Of a DNA stretch of 64,000 nt, positions 37,039 through 50,100 are shown one piece after another. The notes below the pieces were generated by a model, which did not search any database, was not told the DNA's origin, and was given only the letters and a program-made list of their open reading frames with translations. The stretch lies in assembly GCA_021432655.1 (NCBI GenBank), contig MU271227.1, positions 1 through 64,000 of the forward strand, given 5' to 3'. The position numbers and the translations under genes are program-made. Position 1 is the first letter of the stretch. The number at the start of each line of letters is the position of its first letter. The DNA comes from Atractiella rhizophila. Its lineage: Eukaryota.

Positions 37039-40000
37039 CTATGAAGTTGCCAACCCGTACCTGTTCAGAAGGGGTCAACGCAAGCTAGATAGAACTGTGC
37101 AGGAAGGCTTACCCGGTATTTGATAAGCCCCGAGCAACCAACACAAATTCGCTGACAGCATCGCGTACCTTTTTCGTCGTCCTCGCCGCGAAGACCGCTT
37201 TGAGAAACTTTGACTTGTCCTTCTCATCCACATTCTGGCCCATGCTTTCAACAGCTTCCTTTAGCCACGTACGTGCCGGATCTCCTCCGGCTTTCATAAC
37301 TGCATGAAGGGCCTCTCCCAAAGTAGGGAGCGTGCTTCGGGGGATAGCGATGGCGTTCCCTCCTTTGTCCCCAAGCATGCAACCAACATACGCTCCCAAT
37401 GTTGCCGATCCGTGTTGAGCCAATACGAGGGGAGATATTTGAGGATCGCGGTAAAGGAAGATGAGTGCTTCAAGTACAGATACAACTGATAACCGCTCGC
37501 TTGTTCTTCGTAGAACAAATAGAGTGAAGAGGACGAGGGAGGACAGAGCTGGCATATTGGCTATCTCTTGAGGGTGATGCCGTATTGCCTGTGAACATGA
37601 AATCAGCACATAGTCATTTATGAACGCAAGCCGTTCACCTTTTTTACAAATTCCATAAAGCTGAGAAGAAGGTCGACATCTTCTAATATTGCTGGAATTA
37701 CATTCAGGGGATGTTAAGGAGAGATGAAAGAAACGAACAGCGTCCTTCTCCTAAAGTGCTCATCCCCTTTTCTGCGGTCCGCTGCAGAATCGAAGCAACG
37801 ACATGGCTTGTACCTACAGGGATCACCTCGACCAAATTTCCGAGGAGAGTCATCCAAACGATGACAGCAACCTTGCTGGAATCCAAGACTCGCGATATGA
37901 GTTCTAATGTCGCCACGGGATCCAGCGTGAGGAGAACTTTTGCATGACTGTTTCCGTCCGTGGTTTCTGGCACTAGGGACTTCACCAGGGAAGACAGTTC
38001 AACCGCAACTTCCATGTCGTCAGACCAGATGGTGAGGATGTCGTGGACTGTCGAGATTGTCCGTGAACGCAGAGCAGACGCCTGAGCATCAGCACCAAAG
38101 TCGTATTCCATGGTACGGGCAGGGGTATTGTTGTTGTTGATTCCTCGATCATCCAGCTCCGGTGCTGTGGAAAGATCCACAATGTCGTCGTCATCAACGT
38201 CTGGCGGTAGGAGTCCGCGAACGATCGAGGCAAACGCCGCTAAAGAAGAGAGAACCACTTTCTTTGCCGCTTGTGGATGCTGCCGTCAGTCTTAGTATAT
38301 CGTCATGGGAGGACGGCTAAACACCTACCTGCGGCGCAAGCTTCACGGCTTGGGAGACCTTGTCGAGTAATGGGGCTGTTAGTGTCTGCGCGATCATCAA
38401 TTTTCGCTGCATGAGCCGCATGAGCCAGATCCCGCTCACCGTGACGGGGCCACTGAGTTGCTCTGGTGGCATAGATTGGAGGACAGAGGAGACGGCTTCT
38501 AGGACGCGGATGTACTCTGATTCCTACTCTCCTAAGTCGACATCCCTGTAAAGAGAACAAGTCGTACTTCAAGTTTCCCTTCTACCTCGTTGACCAATGT
38601 CCCAAAACTCGACATATGCTTTACGAGTTCCTTCTGACACGTCTTGCAGAGAGAGATCAAAGCCTTTGCTGCATTTGCAGCGAGGTACACGTTCGACAAA
38701 GAGGCTGCCACGAAAGAGACGGCGGGCAAGGCAAAGTCTGGGTGGTTTGCAATCCAGCGGACCGTAGTTGTCTTGAGCTGATGAGAGGCAGTTTCTGTTG
38801 ACAGTTCATTGCACACCTACCTATCAGGGAGAGAGTTGTATTGCGCAGACGTGTCGCGGATTCCTGTTGTGAGGGATCGAGAGAAGCTTCGATAGTCAGT
38901 AGTTGCCCAAAGCATGAAGGTCCGAATAGTTCGGCAAGCGTGTTATCCGTGCTAGGTACGACTTCATGTAGACAAGATATGCAAAAGAGAGCCGCTTCAA
39001 CATTCTGCGACAGACTACATGAGAAAATAACTTGATATAAAGCTGACATACCTCCAGGCGATCAGTTGCAGGAGACATTAACTGTTGCCCTACGCCCTTG
39101 ATGAAGAAGCGCAACATGAGGTCTCGAAGGACATAATATCTAAATAGACAATTGTTAAGGTCTCACTCAAATGCATATGAAAGGAGAGTACACGTCGACA
39201 AGCGCATCTCCGAGCTCGTGTCGATAGTAGCTGAACCTCTCGAACTCATCTTCCATAAGTCAACGCGCGTCCGACACTGATCAAACGAGCACACCTTCAT
39301 CACATACTGATCAATACGGAACGCAAGCAGCAGATACGGTATCGTGACACACCTTTTGTCCATTCGACCTCCCGAACGAGCGGCCACCGCACCTTCTTCA
39401 CAGCAACCGAGATCCACTCGACCAACACGCTCTCCAGACACTTCCGTTCCTCTTCCCCTCTTTCCTCAGCATGTCGCTCACCAAGCGTCCCAAAGATCCC
39501 AAACGTGAGTTCGGAACAGGTCTCGTCCACTCCACCGTATCCCTCTGTGGCAGTGACCGCGATGAGATTTTTCAAGAGCTCCAAAAACGGTGGGGAGTTG
39601 ACTGCCAGAGGCAGGTTGGACGAGATCGAGGAAGAAGGAAATTCGCTCGGGCCTAACAGAGGGATCGAGTGGTCCAACAAGGCGACCAGGAGCTTAGTCA
39701 ACTCCCTCCTCAGATCCACAAAGCTCTCCCCTCCCAGGTCCAATCGCATCCCTTCGTCTTCGGAGGTGATGGAAAGTATAGTACGGACACCGTCGCCTCT
39801 GATCCATTCTATCGCCTCCATCGTGCGTTTGGCGGTCATGAACCCGACCAGAGGATTGCTCATCCCGCTCCTCACCAGTCCTCCGTCCGTCAAATTCGAT
39901 CCGAAGGACGTAGGACTCGCGTTCGTAGCTATGAATTCGCACAGACATGATGCGGAGGATGCCATGGTGGATGGGGAGAGCAAGAGGGAACCGAGGAGGG

Positions 40001-41437
40001 GGAAGAGGGCGGTTAGACTCTCGTATGAGAGCAGACGGGAGGTGAGGAGGGATTCGAGGCACCTGAGCCCTGCTTGTCGGTCGGGGACGGAGGTCGAGGT
40101 GAGGTTGTCGCTCAGGATGCGAGTGATGATGGGGAGAGCATCGGTGACGGTTTGGTCGTATCGTACCCTGCGATGTTCTTTTCAATGCTGGCATCCGTAA
40201 CCAGATAAATAGAACATACCGAGCTCCTCCAACTAGATCGCAGGTGGCGATTTCCTCCACGATCACGCTTAGTACTTCCAGGACTGCTTGTCGGTTTGCG
40301 ATCGAGGTGAGAGTTTCGAGTAACCAGTCAGGCCAGCCTTTCTCTCCTTGAAGATGCGCCAGCCGAAATGACAGTGCTGCAACCTAAGTGGATGGCAATC
40401 AGGACATGTTTGTTTTTGGGGTAAATATCTCATTGCTTCTTATTGCAAACGATTACAAGGTGCAGCGTAGTTTACATTGGTTGGAACGATATCTCTCCTC
40501 TCAACGTGCTAAGAAGCTCGGTGAGCTCGAGGTGAATGGTAGGTCTTGAACATTTCTAAATAAGCGCAATGCCTCTCACATCGTTTCCTACAGTAGCTTT
40601 CACAATTTTCTCTCTCACGGGAACATCCCCTCTTCCCGCAATACACAAAGCAATCGGAACATTGCAAAGTTCAGACAATGACGACTTGCTTAAACGGATA
40701 ACAGAGACGTGATGAGTGATGGATGGAGTACTTCGTCAACACGAATGATAGGAATGAGAGACTCTCGCGCTCGCTTTGCTAGGAGAAGAGAATGGGTGAA
40801 GTAGATAGCGAAGGATGATGAGGACAAGAGCAAATGCTGGCTGCATTCCATCCAGTTGATTCATCATGAAATGACTTTGACCAATGAAAAGACATCGCGA
40901 TGATTGGATCAGGCGATGATTCTAGGTAGCAGCTACGCTAGTAGAATTGAGCAACTTCGAGGCTTATTATTGATCATACGGCGCTCCACAAGTACCTCAA
41001 AACAAAAACAAGGATCTAACGGACGTCCTCTATACCATCCCGAAGCAAAATAGCAAAAGGAAACAAAAGAAAGAGACGCACCGCACTGCTCAACTTCCTC
41101 CTCACCCTCCCCTCGCTCTCCGTGCCCACCCATCCAAGGACCAAACTCCTCAGCTCCGTCTCTCCGCTCTTCTCCAGCACGAAACCCCAATCGCCGTCCT
41201 TATCCCTCCTTATCTTCCCTACCAGGACCAAGGCAGCGAGGAACCTGACGTCCGGAGAGTACTGCGAGGACGAGGGAGGAGAGAGCAGGGAGGGAGGTAC
41301 GTCCAGATGATGGGATGGGGAGAGAGCGCGTGGAGGTCGCTTGAGAGGGAGGAGAGCAGGGTGGGATCGGTGGTGGGGGTGGTGAGGGAGGTGAGGAGGG
41401 AGAGGAAGGTCTGGAATGAGGGCGCGTCCACTTCCAT
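37039..41437 (-). CDS. Importin-beta family karyopherin, importin-13/transportin-SR (Mtr10/Kap111)-like
   Basis: N-terminal VRFLAALVLVGKIRRD...RKLSSA|VAALSFRL; HEAT-like helices; VEAALFCI; AAKALISLCKTC; C-terminal KKVRDAVSEFVLVARGL. Apparent 1-nt frameshift near 41290 and a 698-nt first intron. Confidence 0.8.
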
Positions 41438-41565
41438 CCTTCTTTTCTCTTTTATACTCTTTATGTCCCTCTGTCGTCAATATTGGATGCTGCTCAGTTG
41501 GTTGACTGGCTGGCTGATCTCGGGAAGATGGTTGATGAAATGAATATATCGGGAGGGAATGCAAA

Positions 41566-42234
41566 ATGACGACCATCTTCACAAGGACCTTCAGCGTGGC
41601 CATCAAGCCATCCCTTAGAAAAGGCTCAGGACTATGGAGTTCTCGAGCGATATACCTGGGCACAGCGTTCGGTAGCAGCACGGCGCTCTTCCTCTCTCTC
41701 CCATCCCAGCCCTTCCGTCTCGACACGCCTTCCCTCCCCTCCAACGCTCAAGTCGAACCATCCTCTCCTCCCCAGCCTCCCTCTCCTTCCAGATTGACAC
41801 CACCACCTCCTCCTCCGTCAGGCACAAGCAATGTGTCCATCTCCTCCCTCTCCCTCTCCACCGTCCTCGGCATATCCACCGGCATATTCATAAAGAAGGG
41901 GCTCAAACTCCTCGCCTTCTTCCTCGGCGGCCTCTTCGTCCTCATCCAAGTCTGTCCTCCCTCCTCCCTCTCACTCTAAATCACTAACTAACCCTCACCA
42001 CGATATTCCCAGTACTCCTCCTCCCGCGGCTGGCTCCCTCGCACTGACTGGTCCAAGGTAAACGCATCGTACGAGCGACACCTCGACTCTTGGTTCCCTC
42101 CCCCTCAGAACCAGAACGGGAGCACTACCTCGAGGTTGCAGAGAGTAGGAGCGTGGGCGGTCGATTTCGTGGCTGCTGATGTGCCGCAGAGGGGAACGTT
42201 CTTGGCTGGCGTGGTGTTGGGATTTAGGCTCTGA
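41566..42234 (+). CDS. FUN14: FUN14-family mitochondrial outer-membrane protein
   Basis: LSLSTVLGISTGIFIKKGLKLLAFFLGGLFVLIQ|YSSSRGW...DW...DFVAADVPQRGTFLAGVVLGFRL*. One intron. Confidence 0.88.
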
Positions 42235-43257
42235 GTGCGTTTTATCGTTATCGTAGAGGGGGAGTTGGGAGTTGGGAGTTGGGAAGGTGCGTGGCTGCTT
42301 TGCGCTTTGCGCTTGGGTGGCGGTCGACGGGAGAGTTATATATTTTATGGCGAGGCGCGTGAAGTGTCAAAAGTGTATTGTTCTGAAATAACGCGTGTAA
42401 CAACCAAAACATTCGAGAAAGAGATTTCATTCTTCATATCTGTCCTTTTTTCACATTCTTCTGTTACCGTATCTGCATCACTAGCACGTTCCATCACGCC
42501 TCATATCAACGACCTGCTCCTTCTTAACGGAATATGGGCAAGTTCGTTTTCGCACGGGCGAAGAATGACCTCAATCTGCCTTTCCTCTTGAATTTATAAG
42601 AGGATTGTGCACCCGATCCTGTTGTTGCTCACCCTTTTTTTGCCTTCGTGCAGTGGAGGGAGGGCGATATAATGATCGGACATTTCTTCGCGTTCAACAA
42701 TCCACTTCTTCAAATGCAATGCGGATGGGATTCGAATCTCATCATCACTCTCCATTGAGAACTTGAATGTTCAAAGTCATACGAAAGAGCAATATCAGTA
42801 AGGGTGAATATATGTGAAAGGTCTTGATTGGTTGAGGCGAATTTCCGTCCCCGTTGAACATGGACAGTATCTCCCAATACCACTGCAGAAGAGGCTCGGA
42901 TCTGAATTGGGTGCCCGGTAAACAGCCAAACGCCTCGCGCGCACGTATCAAACTCTGGTGGTTAAACACGCCACGACGTCGATTCTTCGTGTCCGTGTTG
43001 TTGGCTGGAACACTTTCAAGCTATTTAAATGCGTCCTGGAAACGAGATGGGATTCTTACGCAGCGTACTGACGACTTTTTCAAAGCCAGTTGCTGACACA
43101 ATGTAGACTTCATGGCTTATTCATATCACATTTCTTGAGTATCACGAATGCTGCCTTGTTGGGATTTATATATGACGCTGTGGACGGGGTATTCACGGAC
43201 ACAATGAATAATGCGACATACTTAAAACGATGAACCACTGAAAACGATTTCTAAAAA

Positions 43258-45507
43258 TCATTGAGCACTCCTCCCCGCTTGCTGTTTCTCCATCCTCCTC
43301 TGCCACGAATGGAGCATCCACGGTTCATCCCTCTGTCCATACTTCTCCAGCGGCCGTTTCCAAGCGACCGTGTCATTCACGACTTCTTCCAGCGACCGCC
43401 CTTCGGCTTTATCCTTGGGACGGAGGATGGGGAGAACGACGCCGAGCTCGTTGTTGGAGATGTGGTAGTTGAACGGACGGGGATCGATGCGGCTTTTCCA
43501 TTCCTTCTTCGTCACTTGTGTGAGGTTACCCCATGCTGCTGGTGTGCTGTTTCAATGGCTGAGTTGAGATGAGGGACCGCAGAGAAATGGAAGGTACGAA
43601 CAAGTTATGCGATCCAACGTAGATAAATCCATCATCCTTCTCCTCGTTGATCCCTGTAAAGTAACAAGGTCATTTCGATGGATGGGAGAATGGAAAGACC
43701 AACCCAAGATCGTTTTGACGTGCATCACTATTCCCTCCCTCCTAGAAACTCCTTTCCTGAAAGCATGCTTCGGGAACGATTCCCTACTCCAAGTGCCCCA
43801 TTGACAGAAAAGGCTGAAACCTCCAGCGTAACCCTCATGGCTTTCCTTCACCGTCTTATCCGTAGGGAAGATGACCTCGACAGGCGGCCAAGCGGCGCTC
43901 GGTCCTGCTCCTCCCTTCTGCAGAAACTTGGACAACCATGTCGACGGATCTTTCCCAGTGGCAAAGTTGTGAAAGATGGTGAACCAATCCTTGGTGTAAT
44001 TCCCAATACTCGATCCCTGACACTCCAAGCGAACGGTATCGTCCGCCTTACCCAGCGCTCGAATAGCGTTTCCTAATCTAAACATCCCTCCTAGCTCCTC
44101 TTGTGCCTTTGCATTGTCCGCACGCAAACTCCCGGCAAAGGACCACACGAGCTGAGGAGCATTCTCCGTCCGAAGTGAGCTGAAATCATACTCCCCTCCA
44201 ACGAGTTTCTTGATCCAGCTGTTGGCGACGTTGAAATGCTCTAGGACCATTTTAAAGTCTGCTATGAATGGTGGTAGTTCTTCTTCAAGGGATATAGACG
44301 CCGATGCGGGAAAGTCCATGACAAAGACAGAGTTCTCGATGAAATCCCAATCGTATGAGACGAGGTTGGCCGTCGGAATGCAAATGCGTAAGTAATCGTC
44401 ATGGGCGAAGATGGCAAACTGCGACTATAATGAGTATCTGCGCTATATCAGAAGTCAGACAACAAGAAAGCGCATACTTTGATATGATGACATCCTTTCG
44501 ACTTCCTGCCTTCGGTATTTGTTGGCATAGAAGGATATAAGACGTGAAACCCTTCGCAATAAGGATCATCACTAGCATCCATCATAACATCGCGCATTTT
44601 GTCTGTGACTTGCTCGTCCTCACCACAGTGATGGATCAACAGGACTCGAGCTCCTCGTTGTCGCCCCTTCGTTGGATGAGTGACAAATCTTGGGAAATGC
44701 CTGAAGAACCATTCAGGTTCGGGGCAGTATGTTGAGCTGATAGCCATCGCAAGGTCATCCGTGTTACCCACAAGGTCGCAAAATCGAACAGCATCTGGAG
44801 TTTCAGGATGATGCTTATTAAACGTTCGCACAATCTTCCAATCCCAATATCGAGGCTCGTTTGTTGCTCGTCCCTTGCCTTTATCCCGAGTAGCATTTTG
44901 GACTGGCACCTTAGGACGAGGAGTTTTGATGGTGGACGACTTCGTAGTAGAGGTTGGAGCAGGGCTCGGGAGATGGGAGGATGATCCAGCAGAAGCTTGA
45001 GCAGATCCAGAAAGTTTCGAGCTCATCGCTCGTTCTGCTCGAGCAAGTCGCTCCTTCTCCATCTCCGCTCTTGAAGGACCCGTCCCTTTATTCGAGGTCA
45101 GAGCATACGTCGGTGCTGCTGGCTCGACTTCCTTCACCTCTTCGACGCTTGCTTCCCTCTCCCTCATCTTCCCCTTTCCAGAACCAAACCTCTTCGACGC
45201 TTACTTCCCTCTCCCTCCTCTTCCCCTTTCCAGAACCAACCGCACAGCTCTCACCGTTCGTCACTGGGACCATTTCCTCCAGAGACTGAGCAATAGCTCT
45301 TTTCAACTCTTCTTCCTCTTCCTCCTCCTCCTTACTTTTCTGGTATTCAGCGTCCATCTTGGACATTTCCATAATATGACGCAGCTGTTCATCTTCATCC
45401 ATCGCGGCTACCTGTTCTGCTGTGAAGGAGGAAGTCGGACGCATCCGTTTTCGTGGGCTCTGATCAAGGCCGTCATCGCTCTCTAGTGCAAGGCGTTTAT
45501 GGGTCAT
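43258..45507 (-). CDS. TDP1: Tyrosyl-DNA phosphodiesterase 1 (PLD superfamily) with N-terminal UIM-like motifs
   Basis: Two HxK motifs (GCHHIK, VMHVK), ECQGSSIG, EVIFPT, VGSHN and ISNNELGVVLP. UIM-like DEDEQLRHIMEMSK and EEEELKRAIAQSLEE. A 52-bp duplication shifts the frame unless it is spliced out. Confidence 0.88.
45136..45239. repeat. 52-bp tandem duplication in the TDP1 5' coding region
   Basis: 45136-45187 vs 45188-45239, two mismatches. Confidence 0.93.
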
Positions 45508-47186
45508 TCTACCTGTAAATGAGGTAAAGGCAGTGGTATGTCCATTGCCACCAAAGAATCAGATGGCCCTAACCCTACGTCACGCATCTATGGGAGTAGG
45601 AAGTGGAGGATGATGTGGATAGGAATGATAGGAGTAACTGTTCGGGACGTTAGGGTGTGCACACTCGGTAAGGGAAGCCGGGGGTAAGCACTGTGAGGTA
45701 TTACATTCTAGTGGAGTGGTGAGAGTGAGGTTGGACTTCAGTACGTGTACTTGAAGTGAGTATTTTCTCACTTTGAGGACTCCAATCAAAGGAAAGAATT
45801 GGCAAAGTGCAGTATTGACACTTTTCCTTTTGCTTCATCTGCCCCATTGGCATTCATACGGGTCAATTAACTGCCCGCTTAACTTCTTGTGCCAATGAAG
45901 TTTGGTGCACAAACATGATGGGAACTAGTGGTACAGCGCCGAAGGACCCACGCGTATCGCACCAAGACCCCCAAGCTTCACAGGTTCCAGTATGATGTAA
46001 TTGGAAAGTACGCCTTTTCGGTCACTCTGCAACTTGGGAAACTTGCCTAAACGCGGAATACAGCAAGTTCACTTACTCTTCCAGTTCCAATATCAATTCA
46101 GCAATTCAGGAATGGAGACGTCAAAAGCCTGAACAGTGAGCAGGCAGGACCAGACAAGAGAGACAGTCGACTAAGGTCTGCTGCTTAGCTTTGGAATAAT
46201 CGTTTGGTTCACTCAGCTACAGTAATAACGATTTCCCAATACCTGTAATTTGCTGTCTTACTTTGTATGATCGTGTACCCCGTTCCGACGTAGGAAGGAG
46301 TCCATGTTCATTGCAAACGTTTTTTACTGTGACAAGTGAGTATGTCAACTCTTAGACTGGGAGGAGCACCCGGCTGCTGAGATCGGTCGTCGAAGGATGC
46401 TCGAGGACCTTGCGGAAGGTATAGCCCAGATCCTAGGATTGGCGGAGTGGAGGGACGGTGTAGAAGTCGAGTGTTATTCTTGTGTCATCCCACGGTACAA
46501 ATGTTGGTTCCGGAATAGCAAGGGCGGTAAGATTACATCCTCATGACGGATTCCGTTCACTTCCGTTACATTGTGCCAAGGAGGCCTACAACAATGAGAA
46601 CAGGCACAGGACAGGGAATGGAGCAAAGTGGTGGGAGGCATCCGACACCGGGAGAACATCGGGCTGTCCTGTAAGCCTGTTTCTTAGACCTTGTGAGATC
46701 CAAACTTACATGCGCGCCAGCGGCGCAGACCTGCTCCCCCTTCTTCCTCCGGATTCGATAAGCCCTGTCCGGAATATAAATGTAACCCTCCTCCCTGCCT
46801 GAATTCAGAGAGTATTCGGATGGTTAGAGGGGGATTGCTGCCTGCGGTCTTGGAGAAGAAACGCATTCCTCCACGTTCAACCTCATCATTTGAAAGGTAT
46901 TGCTTGCAGGTGCGAAAGATCTATTTCTAGTTTCAGTTGCGCTTTCCGAGAAAATGAGTAGCATAGTCTTCATTCCTTGTTATCTTGTGAATTATCAAGC
47001 ATTTACACATTAGAAACGGCATAGGTATGATGGCTTGACAAGAAACCTTGTAGATCCAACCGAGAATAGGGAAGAACATTATACAATAATGTGGAAAAGC
47101 GAAACACAATTTGAACCAAGAATCCGAAGCACATATTATCTATCTACTCCAGCCCGCGATGCAGGAGGTATAATCAAGATGCCGTT

Positions 47187-50100
47187 CTAACCCAATGGGT
47201 AGTTCGCTCCACCACCAGACGAGATGTCTGCCAGAACTTGCTCTACCAGATCCTGTACCATTCTTTCACGTTGAACAGAATCGTACTGGCTGTTGTCTGA
47301 AGAAGCGAAGTTTGGTGTTGCGTCGGTTTTGGGGGATGAGTTGGAATTAGAACGGGACGGGAATCCTAATAGAGAATCCTGAGGAGATGAGTTTGTTAGG
47401 CTGTTGACCGAACCCGCTGCTGGCGGAGCTAGATTTTGGTTTTGAGGTGCTGTCTGTGGAGGGCCAAGTGTTAACTGGAAAGGATTCTGCTGAAGTGCAG
47501 ACGACATCGGCATGGAAAGGTTGTTGGCCAAGTTATACAATGGTGGGGTATTGTTGGAACGACCCAGCTAGAAGGAGGATGAGTTCAGTGCTTCAGACTC
47601 TCTGTCAACGCGTACCTCACCCTGGATGTAGGAAGGACCCATATCTGCAACGGCTTTATTCAAAGCCTCCTCGATATCGTTCGCCCATTGTCCCATTGTC
47701 ACACCGAACCAACCTAGGGGTTTGACGGCTGTAGATAGGAGAAAATTTAGTTCCGTTTCGTTTACAAGCATCACACAAGGTACGCACCCTCAAGAATCCT
47801 GTCGTCAAAGAACAGTGAGAACTGGTAATCATGCAATGAGGAACAGGGACAAGAACTTACATTCGGACATCGTCGATCTTCGTTTTCTTCTCAAATCCGT
47901 TGTCCTCATCTGACAAGTATCGCGCGAGGAATTTTACACCTCCGGGTAAGAGTTGGAAGGAAAAGGCAGCGACTATCCTGAACGAGCTCGCATATGTGTT
48001 CACTTCTTGCGCCTCCTACCCTCTTGCCATGAGCTGTCCGTCATCATCACCGGACAGAAAAGAACAAACCTCCAGGTGCTTGTACATCGCTTGAGCGAGC
48101 AGGTGGATTTCGCTGGCGACCATCTTCTTTGTATCCTTCCACATCGTCTCCAGGCCAATTGTGGTATGTTTGAACATATGTTCCTCGCATATGGAGAAGT
48201 AATGGAAGAGAGCCTTCGCAGAATGGGTCAGATCCGGTCGACTCAGCTGTCAGTCTAAATCAGTCGACATTCAACAGGGGCTCGACCTTCACTTACTCCG
48301 CCAGGTGCGAGTTTGGAATTTGTCCGTCCAAGCATGTCGTGGTGCAATTTCAGCCATGTCTTCAGTCTCGCGCGTTTGTCGTCCACCATCTTCAACAGAT
48401 TCTCGGAAATCTCAGCATCCAAATTTTTCAGCGCCACGCCTGTATGGTTCCGGGAAACATTGTCAACAACAGGATCTTCGTAGGACAAGGGTGGGTGAGC
48501 TCACCAGAGACGGCCATGGCTCGATCGAGCGCGAAACGAGCTACCTGAAGGATTGTACCTTGAGGAGTTGTCAAATCAAGGCTTCCGATAGCGTCCGGGG
48601 TAAGATGGAATCGTGTAGGGACCGGAGTGTCCTTGAACATCCATTCTAAATCGGAGTCCTTACTGTGACAGTGGGTTAGAACCGCAATGTCAGATCTGCA
48701 AGGGGAAGCTGGAGCCTACATAATAGGGAGACGGTTCATCCTTTGCGCTATTTGACTGTCTCTAACAAAAATCAACTCCGCGAACCTCGCTTGTACGTTA
48801 GGTGGGAGCCCGCTCTCGTACAATTTCTGGTATTGGCGCAATCCGACTTTTAAGAGCCGAAGAGCAGATTGGAGGTTATCACCATAGGACCCTAAGAACG
48901 AAATCGGTCAGAGCACACTTCTACGTCGGCATACAAGGACATTCAGCTTACAGATAAGTAGGTGTACGAGATCAAGGACCGCGATCAAGCTCTCCATACT
49001 CGTGCTTTTCACAACTGCCGAATCCTCTACCAACCTGAGCGCGTAGTTGAGGAGCGAATCTGCTCTCTGTTGACGAATCTTGCCAAACTCCCGAAGATCT
49101 CCACGGAGCACTGGGGCTCGGTCTGAGCCCGTTCGTTGACCCAACAGCGACTGTGCGAGTGCAGTACGAGTTGTCAGCTCATCTCACGCGTTATAAACCG
49201 AATGAGACTGACAGAATGAGAAGAGACCGTAGCCCCTCGAGCGACTAAGACCGCTACGATTGCCTGACCATCAAATATCAGTCTGGGCCTATGAAGATGA
49301 ATGGGAGAAAGAGCATCACCTCTCCATGTAAACAAAGTCGGGCAGGATCAGCTCCAACACCATGGAACGCAGCTACAAAATTGGACCAGATGAGTTGATA
49401 AATATTGTTCGGTGTGATTTTGAACGATTCTAACGATGACGAGAGAATCAGCTTAGACCATTGAAGAAAAAACAACAAAGCAAGGAGGGGGGACAACGGA
49501 CCTTGGACCAAATGAAAGCTGAGGGAGAACACTAGCTCTTTATTTCCCAATCGATTGCTAGCCGAACTCGGGTTCAAATTGAATCCTCCATTCATCCCTC
49601 CTCCTCCCAAACCCAGACCCAAATTCGAGCTTGAGCTCGGCGTTGGCGTCTTCCTCAAGCTCTGGTTCAAGAAATTGCTGAAAGGATCGTTGTTGTTCCC
49701 ATTCGAACTCGATCCAGGGGCAGAAGGTCCAGCAGAAGGCACTTTGAGTCCAAGTCCCTCTAGCGCGCTATTCGCGATACTGTGGGGCATGGAGGAGGAT
49801 GAGGAGGCGCCGTTAGTGTGGCTGAGAGCAGAATGGGACGGAAGCATGGAGTTAACGAGTTGGTCGAAGGAGTTTAAGGAGCCCGAAGAGGGGGGAAGGA
49901 GGGATGTGGATGGCGGTGTGTGGTTTGAGGGGGATGGACGGGTGGGATGGGGAGACAAGTGGCGTGCCGGAGACGAACCATGTGAAGTGGACACTCGATT
50001 GCTGGATCCAATCAAGTCAGGTCAGATCGTCCATGTAGCGTTTAAACGACTCACGATTTATCCCCTCCAGCTCCTACCACATCTTTTCTCGAACACCCTT

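Noticed and set aside
42715..42750. tRNA-like TTCGAATC motif
   Set aside because: No cloverleaf or acceptor stem can be built.
45565..45580. Telomere-like CCCTAACCCT
   Set aside because: Fewer than two full units; expected by chance.
46300..46800. Exon-like segments with GTGAGT/GTAAG donors
   Set aside because: I could not assemble a convincing open frame. May be a noncoding or decayed transcript.
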